Shown here: piece after piece, positions 50,316-61,699 of the stretch | Layout: each line of letters opens with the position of its first letter | Numbering within the stretch: the stretch's first letter is position 1 | Source: Mobula birostris | Taxonomy: Eukaryota | Assembly: GCF_030028105.1 (NCBI RefSeq) | Contig: NC_092379.1 | Coordinates: forward strand, 46,300,150-46,364,149 | Reading direction: 5' to 3' | Length of the DNA stretch: 64,000 nucleotides | Notes under the pieces: model-generated | Databases searched by the model: none | The model's input: only the letters and a program-made list of their open reading frames with translations | Told to the model about the DNA's origin: nothing | Translations under genes and position numbers: made by a program

Positions 50316-50740
50316 TGTCAAAGTTCAGGCAGAGATCAAAAAATCCAAAGAAATCCAAAAACTAGAGTCAGGGAAATAGGCAGAGTTGATATTCAGACGG
50401 ACAGAGTTCAGATACGAATGATGGAAAGGCTGATGAAAATTCACTGGTACAGTCTGGCAACAATCAGTTGAAAACACAGGACTGAAATACACTGAGCAAT
50501 AAACAGAGAGGCAGATGATAGGTGGAGCACAACGCGACAGAAGTGGCAGCAAAATAGATAATAAAGAGAAACAGGTGAGAGGCGCAGTTCTCAGTAATAC
50601 AGGGGCCGGAGTAGAGCAGGAGCTGGGACAGGAGCACATGGGGCATGAAAACAAACAAGAGCACATGGCAATACAAAACCACAGACTGACGGCTAGGGGG
50701 AAACGCACAATAAGACAAAGTTCCACTGGAGGTACTGACA
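50316..50740. repeat. Possible solo LTR
   Basis: TGTCA...TGACA inverted termini; no TSD found. Confidence 0.45.
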
Positions 50741-51688
50741 AAAGCTTAGTACCGGGATGGGCTCAGTGTATTCTATGTTCACTTTGACCATCAAAACATG
50801 GATGATCCTTCACGAACTCACACAGACCACAGATTGGTTACCAGGCTGTTAAAAACCTGTGATGCTCAACTGGCTGAGATGGTCACCAATAATTTTAAAT
50901 TCTCACTTCCGCATTCTGAGGTGCCTCCACTTTTTTTTTCAGAAGCTGGAGAAAATTCGGCATGTCATCTAAAACTTTGACAAACTTCTGTAGGTCTGTG
51001 GTGGAAAATATATTGATTGGTTTCATCAGGACCTGGTACAGAAACAGCAACGTCCTTTAACAGTAAGCCTTACGAAAGGTAATGGATACGACCCAGTCTA
51101 TCAAGGGTAAAATGCTCCCCACCATTCAGCACATCTACACGGAGAGCTGTCGCTAGAAGGCAGCATCCAACATCAGGGACCCCCACCTTCCAGACCATGC
51201 TCTCGTCTCACTGCTGCAATCAGGAAGAAGGTGCAGGAGCCTCGGGACACACGCCAACAGGTTCACGAACAGTTATTATCCCTCAACCATCAGGCTGTTG
51301 AACCAATTGATAAAGTTTCACTCGACTTCACTCATCCCATCACCGAACCGTTCCCACAACTCAATGATTCACTTTCCAGGACTCTTATCATTATGATTTC
51401 TTTATTTCTCCCTTCTGTATTTGCATAGTTTGGTCCACTTTGAACATTAGTTGGTTGTTCATCCTGTTGGGTGCAATCTTTTATTGATTCTGTTGTTTCT
51501 TGGATTTACTGAGAATGCCCACAAGGAAACGAATCTCAGAGTTCTATATGCCGATGTATGTATTTTTTATAATAAATTTTCTTTGAAACTTGAACTTTGT
51601 AATTTAACACTAACTCCTAATGCACAGTCATGCCATATTGAAACACAAAGGCTCCCAGTACCAGTCCCTGTGGAACACTGGTTAACAC

Positions 51689-52274
51689 TGTTACATACCT
51701 TATCTGTGATTGTTTTTTCCAGCAGTAGTACGGGAGAGTGAAGACTTTATCGGGGTACAGAACCCGAAAGGATTGAGAGGAGTCGGTATCCTTCGGCAAT
51801 TTAACAAAGGATCGACCTTCCTGAGTCTTCGTTGAAGGAGTAGCGACCTGCATCGATATAACTCTTACCAAAAGACTACGTAGTTCATGCAAAGGTTTGT
51901 TCTCTAGAATTTAAGGTCAGTTGTTTGAAACTGTTTATTTCCTGCATCGTGAATCTTTTGGACAGAACCAACAGGAAAAACGCGTCTTTGAAGAAATCCT
52001 TCTCTAGACAAGGCTCTCCCAATTGCACGTATAAGTCTGTTGGACTTTCGAATTTACCATTTTAAGAACTATATCTGACTTTACCGCTTTAAAAACTGTT
52101 TGCGCATTTAACGCTTTAAGAACCACTGCTGATTTGTTAAATGGCTGCATAGCGGGTAACTTCCGGTTAAGGTGTTCGTTTGTATTTTTTATTGTTTATC
52201 CGTGTTTAATAAATATTTGGTTGTTTTTATATAACCTGTCTCGACTGATATTCATTGTTGCCGGTTACGTAACA
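51689..52274 (+). mobile_element. Solo LTR with 4-bp TSD ACAC
   Basis: TGTTAC...GTAACA termini; ACAC at 51685-51688 and 52275-52278; AATAAA near the 3' end. Confidence 0.85.
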
Positions 52275-52399
52275 ACACATTCTAACAATCACAGAAAAAA
52301 AATCTGAGGTCACCAGAAACCCTCATTTTAACATCATTCCCTGAATCAAATAGGTCTTAACATCTTAGATTACATTTCTAAATTGGACCTATTGCTGGC

Positions 52400-53755
52400 C
52401 TTACTGACGTCAATGTCAACCATATTTATTATGGTACCTCACCAATTGGAGCTGGAGTTGGATGTAATCAGGACCATTCTGGAGGCTGAAGATATTACAG
52501 ACGAGACTTTTGAAGAGGTGTTCATACCCAGTGTATAGCCTTTCGACAGTAGACTTGTGGCCACCAGGAGAGGTAGTGGAATATGAAGTCAGTGCAGGGT
52601 TCTCCTGTGGCCACTCTCCTGAGCAACAAGTACGCTCCTTTGTATACTGCTGGGGGTGGGTGACCATCAGATCACGGCAGCAGCTGACAGACTGCTGACA
52701 CTGTGGCCGGCTCTGAGGCTTGACGGGGCAGGATAAATTCAGGCAATGCAGTTATAATAGGGGACTCGATAGTTAGGGAGACAGAAAAGATATTCTGTAG
52801 CCACAAAACAAGGCGCTAGGATGGTGTGTTTCCTCCCAATTGCTGGGTTCCATGATGCATTGGAGCGGCTGCAATATATTGTCAAGGAGAAGAGGGAACA
52901 GCCAGAGCTCCTGGTGCATATTGACAACAATGACATATAAATGGGATGGTAGCGCGGATGAGTGAGTGGCTGCAGAGATGGTGCAAAGGACAGGAGTTCC
53001 AGTTCTTGGATCATTGGAATCTTTTCTGAGGAAGGGGTGACCTGTACAAGACGGAACTACGATGTTGAAGCCATTATTGAAACTTGGCTGAGAGGGGAGC
53101 AGGATTGTGTGCTTAATGTACCTGGTTTTCGAAGTTTTAGAAATTATAGAGGAGGAGGTAAAAGAGCGAGTGGCGTTGGACTGCTAATCAGGGACAATAT
53201 CACAGCTGCACTCAGAGGAGTCAGACACTAAATCCATTTAGGTGGAATTCGGGAATAGGAGAGGTGCAATCACACTGATGGGATTGTACTGCAGATCCCC
53301 AATTAGGCACTGGGACATTGAGGAAGAGATACACAACCATATTAAGGAAATGTGTGATAATAATAGGGTTGTTTTCATGGGAAATTTCAACGCCCCTAGT
53401 GTAAACTTGGACCTTCTTATTGTAAGGGATTTAGATGGGGCTGAATTTGTTAAATGTATACAGGAAGGTTTCTTAGATCAACATGTGGACGGTCCAATCA
53501 GGGAAGTGGCTGTACTGGACTTCACGTTGGGAATCAGTCTGTCCAGGTGACTGACCTTTGATATTACTGGGCCCTTAATCAGTGTCTTTATGTCCTCTCT
53601 AGCCATAGGCAAGGTCTCAGAGGACTGAAGAGTGGCTAATGCTGGACTTCTTTTTTTTTAAGAATGGAACAAGGAAAGTCCCTGGAACTATAGATTGGTG
53701 AGTCCCACGTCAGTTATAAGGTAATTGCTGCAGAAAATTCTTAGAGATAGGATAT
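52400..53755 (+). mobile_element. CR1 LINE 5' part (ORF1 esterase, APE endonuclease, RT start), decayed
   Basis: IIGDSIVR (SGNH esterase-type ORF1); AIIETWL...GVGLLIRDNIT; VFMGNFNAP. Confidence 0.8.
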
Positions 53756-53759
53756 ATCG

Positions 53760-56700
53760 GACGGATACAGTTAATTACAGGGAACGACTGCGACCAAGAG
53801 CTAGGATAAGAGGCTCTGAGTGTCCAGTGTGTTTGGTGTGGGAGAGCGTTTTCCAGCATTAAAGGTTTACGAGTCCACCAAGCAAAGTTGAAGTGCTATT
53901 CCATCCCAGTGGATGAAGATGAGATTTCTTCACCAAGCACAGATGATGTGGTCTTTTCAACCACTGATTCACAAGCCACAGCAATTCGCTCTGAAGAGAG
54001 TCATACTCCAGGTCAGACGAGAGATAACTCAGATCAGGTTTCAGACCACAGTACCCAGGTAGATTCTTCGCATGATGGCGGTGGTGAGGAGATAGGGAAG
54101 AAGAGGAAGGTCAATTGGCCAGAAATGACAGATGAGAAGGCTTGGCGTGTATTTGGTCAGGATATCAGTATGATGTTGGAGAAAACTCTCAGGGGAACAT
54201 CAAAGAGAAAGTTGGAAGTGATGGGCGATATGATTTACGATGTTGGAAAGTACAGGTTTGGTTTGGTTGAGTTGAAGAAAACAAAGCCTACACAGAAACC
54301 AAGCAGGCGCCAGAAGGAGATTAGTAGGTTGAGGAGAGAGCTTAGGTCGTTGAGACAGAGGTGGAAGGTAGCAAGCGAGGGTGACAAGCCAGGGCTTGCT
54401 GATCTCCGGGAGCATTTTCGAATAAAGTTAGCATCACTCCGTCGTGCAGAGTCACAAAGTAAAAAAAGAAGAGAGAGAAGGCAAGAATGTCGTTCTTTGA
54501 GAACCCTCACGAGTTCACAAAGAAACTGTTTGAACAAAGTAAGAGCGGGCAGCTTAACATCTCTCAACAAGAACCTGGGCATCACCTAGCAAGCACTTAC
54601 TCTAATGAACAGCAGGAGGCTGCTTTGCTTGACATTTCAGGGCGTGTGAAGCCTACCAAGCCAGGAGTGAAGTTCAATCTGTCAGAACGCAAATTGACAG
54701 AAGTTGAACAGTTCATCAGAAAGGCAAGGTCAGGCTCAGTGCCAGGACCTAATGGAGTGTCGTATAAGGTGTTCAAGAAGTGTGAACAGCTGAGGAAATA
54801 CTTGTGGAGATTGTTAAAGGTGGTGTGGAGACAAAGTGTTGTTCCTTTGTCATGGAGTGAGGCTGAAGGAGTATACATCCCGAAGGAAGAGAATTCTTCT
54901 ACTTTGAATCAGTTCCGACCAATTTCACTCCTGAATGTAGAGGGGAAGATTATGTTTGGCATTCTGGCAGAAAGAATATCTTCATTTGTGATTGAAAATG
55001 GATTAGTAAATACATCTGTGCAGAAGGCAGGAATACCAGGCTTCCCAGGATGCCTTGAACATTCTAGTATGATATGGCATACCATCCAGGAGTCAAAAAG
55101 GTTGAGAAGAAATCTGGCTGTAGTTTGGCTTGATGTGGCAAATGCAGATGGTTCTGTTCCCCATGTCCTGATTGAGCTTGCGATGGAATTCCTATGGATT
55201 CCTGCAAAGGTGAGGAACCTTGTTATGCAGTACTACAACGATTTTCGGATGAGGTTTTCCACTCAGCAGTTTACAACTAGGTGGCAGAGCTTGGATGTTG
55301 GAATCCCAATGGGATGTGCAATTTCACCCATCCTTTTTGTGTTAGCCATGGAGGTCATTGTGAGGGCTGCAGGATCAGTGGGACCAGATGTCGCACTTGA
55401 TGGCGGAGGGGAGTTACCACCAATACGAGCATTCATGGATGATCTCACCCTTTTGGGTCCCAGCACGGAGGCAGTGGAAGATGTACTATCTAGACTCGAG
55501 GAGCTAATGGATTGGGGAAGAATGAAGTTCAAGACCAAGAAGTCAAGAGCCTTGTTCGTAGGAGAGGAAAGCTGGTTGACTTTCATTTCACCCTTTGTGG
55601 GGAGGAGATTCCATCCATTCAGGACCAACCAGTTAAGAGCCTCGGGCGATGGTACACAGAGGAGCTGAGAGACACCAAGAGGGTTCAAGAGATAGCAGGA
55701 CAGATCAGCAGAGGTCTGATGTCTGTTGACCAGTGTGGCTTGCCTGGCAAATTGAAGTTGTGGTGCTTGCAGTACGGACTGATGCCACGGATAATGTGGC
55801 TGCTAACTGTCTATGAAGTGGCAATGTCCCACGTTGAGGCAATGGAACGGAAGATCAATAAGTATGTGAAGAAGTGGCTTGGAGTACCGAGCAGCCTCAC
55901 CAATATTGCAATCCACAGTAGCCAGACAAAGCTTACCATCCCAGTGCAATCCCTTGTTGAGGAGGTCAAGGTAGCCAAGGTAAGTTCATTTTTGATGCTT
56001 CGAGACTCAAAAGACACTGTTATCAAGAACACCCAGCCAGATGTGAGATCAGGCAGGAAGTGGTCCGCCCGTGTAGCAGTTCATGAGGCAGAGTCCAGAT
56101 TGAAGCACAAGGAGATGGTTGGGGCTATCCAGCTAGGCCGCCAGGAACTTGGATGGACAACCCACAAGTGGTGGTCATCTTCTACAGGTAAGGAGCGCCG
56201 TGAGTTTGTAACACAAGAAATACGAGTGGTAGAAGAGGAGAAGAGGTTAACTAAAACAGCTGGCCTGGCCAAACGAGGGGCTTGGGCCCGGTGGGAAAGT
56301 GTTGAACAAAGAGAATTATCTTGGAATGTTCTGTGGCAGATGGAACAGCTCCGCATTTCTTTTTTTATGCAGAGCAGCGTACGATCTGCTCCCAACACCT
56401 ACCAACCTCAGCACCTGGTATGAAGATAAGACAGACAGGTGTGCTGCTTGTGGCGAGAAGGGAACACTTCAACATATCTTGAGTGCATGCAGAGTCAATC
56501 TTTCCAGCGGCATGTACACTTGGAGACATAACAACGTTCTCAAAGTTGTAACAGAAGCGGTTGAGCAGAGAGTACTGCAGCACAACTTATCTCATGCCCC
56601 ATGCTGCACAGAACATCACATATCATTTGTGAAAGAAGGCTCCAAGTCGAGGGTGTACAGCATAGGCACACGATCAAGCATACTTTCTTCATCCAATGAT

Positions 56701-57390
56701 TGGTGTGTCAAGGCTGACCTGGACGGGAAAGGCAGTTTCCCAGAGCAAATAGCTTTCACAACATTGCGTCCAGATATAATTGTATGGTCTGACAGCAGTA
56801 GAGAAGCAGTTATTGGTGAACTCACAGTCCCCTGGGAAGACAACATCGATGAAGCCCATGAGCGCAAGTTAACCAAGTATGCAGAGTTAAGATCAGAGTG
56901 CAGAGACAGAGGGTGGAAGGTCTCATGCTATCCATTCGAAGTAGGCTGCCGTGGGTTTATTGTGTTCACTCTCCAGAAGTGGCTGCATGACCTTGGCTTC
57001 ACTAGAACAGAGATCTAGTCAACCAGCATGGCTGTAGCTGAGGCAGCAGAGAAAGGATCAGCATGGGTGTGAACCGAGTATGTCCAGAGGGGCAAATAGT
57101 CATACAGTGTATACATATCTTGCAAACCCTTCAGTAGTTGCATAGACACCTGAAGAGTAGACTATCTGTTGGATGGAAGTGACCAACAACTCTGATAGAG
57201 GCAGATGCCAAGCTTTTAAGCTCACCAGCGGGAGGTGGTGCTTTAGCACTGCTGGCCCACCACCAGTCTTGATCATAAGTGGGCTGAAACTCCTGAAGAC
57301 GGGTGGCAGAACAGCTGATGATCCCACTGGTGATAGCACAGGACAGTTAACATCTTAGTCCATGTGTATCTTGTAACTATCAGTTTCGGT
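53760..57390 (+). mobile_element. Near-full-length HERO-like non-LTR retrotransposon (ZnF-RT-RLE), three frameshifts
   Basis: CVWCGRAFSSIKGLRVHQAKLKC N-terminal finger; RT (FRPISLLNVEGK, GIPMGCAISP, AFMDDL); CAACGEKGTLQHILSAC; restriction-like endonuclease RPDIIVW...ELTVPWE...KLTKY. Confidence 0.85.
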
Positions 57391-57394
57391 TAAC

Positions 57395-58625
57395 CCATGA
57401 CCTAACTAGGGAGAGCCAACATAACTTTGCTTGTGGCAGGTAGTACCTTATCATCTTGATTGAGTTTTTTTGACAAGATGATGAGAGAGATTGCTGAGGG
57501 TAGGGCAGTGGTTGTTGTATACATGTTTTTTAGTACAGCGTTTGACAATGTCCCTCATGGGAGGGGAGACTAATCCAGAAGATTAGATGCATGGTTGGTG
57601 CAGTGAATTGGCTGTTTGGATTCAGCACTGGCTTGCGCATAGAAGAGAGAGAGGAGTGTTAAAAGGGGCTTTTCGAGCTGGACGTCTGTAATTGGTGGAC
57701 TTCCGCAGGGATCCGTGCTGGGAACTCAGTTGTTTGTAATATATACAAATGACCTAGATGAAAATGTAGATGAGTGGGTTAGTAAATTTGTGGATGATAC
57801 CAAGACTGGTGGAGTTGTGGATAGTGTAGAAGACTGGCAAAGAATACAGTATGATATGGATTAGTTGCAGACATGGACTAAGAAATGGCAGATGTAGTTT
57901 AACCCAGGTAGGGCAAACGCAAGGCTCTCAACAGTGTCGCTGAGGATCCAAGTTCATATGTCTTCGAAAGTTGCTCCACAGTTGATAAGGCAATTAAGAA
58001 GGCATGTACAATGCTTGCTTTAATTAGTCATCGCATTGAGTTCAAAAGTTATGAGATTATGTTGCAACTTCATAAAACTCTGGTTACGCCACATTTGAAG
58101 TGTTGTGTGTAGTTCTGGTCACTCATCATAGGAAGGATGTTGAGGCTTTGGAGAAGGTGCAGAAGAGGTTTGCAGGATAGTGCCTGGTTTAGAGCTATCA
58201 CAAGAGGCCAGATAAACTTGGCTGTTTTCTCAGAAACTTCAGTACCTGAGGGGATTATGAGAGGCATAAATAGAGTATACGGAGAGTCTGTTCCACGGGG
58301 TTGAAATGCCTAACACCCGAGGGCATGCACCGAAGGTGAGAGGGGCAAAGTTCAAGGGGAATGTGAGAGGTAAGTTGTTACTCAGGGTGTCGGGGATGCC
58401 TGGAATGCGCCGCCTGGTATGGTGGTGGAGGCAAATACATTAGAGGCTTTTCAGGGAAATTTGGATCGTCACATGGATGTAAGGAAGATGGAGGGATATG
58501 GACATAGTGTAGGTAGGAGGGATGAGTGTTCGGTTGTTTTTGACTTGCTTTGTAGCTGGCTCGACACAACATTGAGGATTGGATTATCTGTTCCTGTGGT
58601 ACTCTTCTATGACCTACGTTCTAAC
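57395..58625 (+). mobile_element. CR1 LINE 3' part (continuation of 52400-53755)
   Basis: Resumes at the CR1 RT region (LIEFFDKMMREI...AFDNVPH; SKFVDDTK) and runs through the 3' UTR. Confidence 0.8.
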
Positions 58626-58909
58626 ACACAATTGCCTTCTTTAAAATAAATACAGATTCATCACTGAGATCTGCCCTTGACATACCCGGTATCCCTGGCT
58701 GATCCAGCGACCCCAACTTCTCTATCCCACACAGACAATTTCCAAATTTTATCAATCCAAGATTTACGAAACAGAAATACCACCTTCTCTTTGGCATCTC
58801 CTCTTGTTTTAACTGGAAAAAAAATCCATACCCTGTTGCCAGATTACCCAATTTTCAATCGTGTAATAATAAAGAAAACAAAATCTTAATCAAAGTCAAA
58901 GTTTTAATT

Positions 58910-59758
58910 AAAGTGTTGACTTCAACTACCTTACTTCTGGTATGGGAAACAGCTGGAACACCATCCGACTACAATTTACCTGGGCGTGACGCTGGACGCT
59001 CTCTTTTGCTACCCAGATCCAAAAACTCCAAGGAAAGTTGTCTCTCGCAATTCTCTCTTGAAAAAACTAGCAGGCACAAAATGGGGAGCTAATGCTCACA
59101 CACTGAGATCACTCTGCTATGCACCTGCAGAATACCGTACACCTGTGTCTGGCAGATCAGCCCATGCAAAGAAATTAGACCCGTTGCTTAACGAAGCCTG
59201 CCAAATAATTACGGACACACTGCACCCCACACCCACTAACATCATTTAAAGACTTGCAGGGATTGCTGCCCCCGAGATCTGAAGACACACTACAACAAAA
59301 ATTGAAAAAGGTAAACAGATCCACGCACCCACTACATCATCATGTGCCAGTATCCAACCGCCTAGAATCGAGGAAAAGCTTTGCTACAGTGGAGGAACTA
59401 CCGCACTGAACATCCCCCAAACACACAGGATTGACCTCTGGCAACAAACAGAAGCCAGAACCCCACCAAACAATACAGTGCAAGACCGCACAGAAATGTT
59501 ACCAGACGGGGCACTGCTTGACAGTCGGAAGTGGTGCACTCTCAACAGAGCTAGAGCGGGAGTAGGACGGCAGACAATATGGTGAAGTGGGGTTTAAAGA
59601 CCAGCGAATCCTGTGAGTGTGGCGAAAGGGTGCAGAACATTGAAGGCGTTCTACGCAGCTGCCCACTCTCACCTAATTTAGCAGACACTGACCTGCTCAA
59701 CATGAACCAAACAACACTAGAGTGGCTGGCTGTCCGGTGTGACAAGCTATGATGATGA
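58910..59758 (+). mobile_element. 5'-truncated Vingi/Ingi-like LINE
   Basis: YLGVTLD...RNSLLKKLAGTKWGANAHTLR...CYAPAEY...RSAHAKKLDP; C-terminal CECGE; (ATG)n tail. Confidence 0.7.
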
Positions 59759-61699
59759 CCTCACTAATTAGATTCCTTGCATTCAAATAGAAGAAAATTG
59801 ACTTCATATTCTGGCTCCTCTTCATTTATCCACCACCTCTGCCAACAGGTGTACTGCACTTCTTCACCTTCAGGTGCATCTGCACATCCACCCATTTCTC
59901 TGCGATTATCCTTATTAGATGGTTGCAAGTTCATCCACGATTTACGAGATGATTTTGAACTTTTAAGATCAGCCTCAATTTGTCAAGATGAAAATAGAAG
60001 ATGCTCGGCAGTTTCCTGGTAACAGAATTGAGACAGCAGGATGTGATACAGTGGGCAATATTAGCATGTATAATTTAATAGAAAAAGACAACAGGGAACC
60101 GAGAGGAAAATATGCTTGCTGGAAATGACGGTGAGTTTCATGGGGTTGTAATTCTGGAACGTTAGATTCCCCTCCCCCCCCCCCGCCCCCCAATGAGTTT
60201 AGGACAAGTGGCACTGACATCAAATTAGACGTTCTTGTCCACTTGAGACAAAGAAAGTCCATGGCAATCCGGCACATTGTATGGACGCAGTGCATGGAAA
60301 CGAGAATAGGAAAGGAGCTTCATCAGAAAAAGGAAAACGTGTAGATACTGTTTATTTCCCTTCAATAGATGCTACATAGCATACTGAGTTCCTTCTTCAT
60401 TCAATGCGTGTTGTTGGGATAATGTTTTGAGCATGTTGCTGTGGAATTGGGTGAATGAAAAAAATAATAAAAGAGCTTTGATAGCATGGAAAGCGTTATT
60501 TTCAAAACATATTTGCCACTGCATTAATAGCCAGCGACATGATTTGGAATTCAACCATGGCAACCCGAAAAATTGAGATCATCATCTCATTAAAAATAAA
60601 TGTCCATATTTTAAAGTTAGCTTTAGCAGATCACAAGACATGAGCAAAAATTACGGAACAACTACACAATTGGTTTGCTCGTGTCCTTTTGGAAAGAATA
60701 TCTGCTCTCCTTTCCTAATTGGTGCCAGTGCCATAAATTCAACTTTTGCACCATGACCAGGAAATATTTATACTCCTTGTCTTTATAAGATATTAATCCA
60801 TATTCATTGGATCCAAGCAGAAAAAAAAGCTGAAGCCGTAATAATTCTAATTTGGGATTTCCAGTTCTGATTTATTGACTGGAAGATATTTCATTTCAGG
60901 GACCCGTTACTGCCATCCACTGATCATTGCTGGTATTGCAAGGCGAGGGTTTTAGCATTTTTGCCTGTGTGTATTCTCTTTCCATTTATCCGCATTATCT
61001 CATGAAGGCCAACACTCTCATGTAACAAATTAAAACCAATTGGCCTCAGTCCACCCAAAATTCACTGGTAACATTTAGACAATGTTTGTTTTAACTTGTG
61101 AGGGAAAGAAATAGAAAATTGGCTCCTAATTTTACTTAGAACACTTTATAGGATCCCACACAAGAGTTGCTTTTTGAAAAAAAAATATTCAATTTGTCTC
61201 TTCAATGCAATCAATCTTATTCGTCTAACCTGTAGAAAAAAACAGCGGACCTGGCAGTTTTGTACACAATTAGCCACTGATATTATTCCACCAATTAAAC
61301 ATTGAACTCCCCTATGGTAAATATACCCATAAATGAAACAAAACTGTAGCTCGGATCATTCACAATACTTCTTATTTGCGCCTCGTACAGAAGCAGAGCG
61401 ATCTGACACGGTTTGATTTGTTACTTTCCAAAGAATTATCAGAATCTGTGAACTTCAGCGTTTGTTAATACTTGATTGCTGCATTAACCTCTGACCAACA
61501 ATAAACTTTCCGACAGTTGGGTTCGAAAGAATATAATGCGACTGAACACAACAGTAAAAAACGCTTTTTCATATGTGGAGAAGGATTCAATGTTGACGTT
61601 TCAGTTTGATTTCCAATGGAAGGAATTTCTTAGCACGTCAGTCAGGTTTGTCCGGCGAATACTGCAAAGGAAAGTGAAGACTCGGACCAGGCCTCGCTG

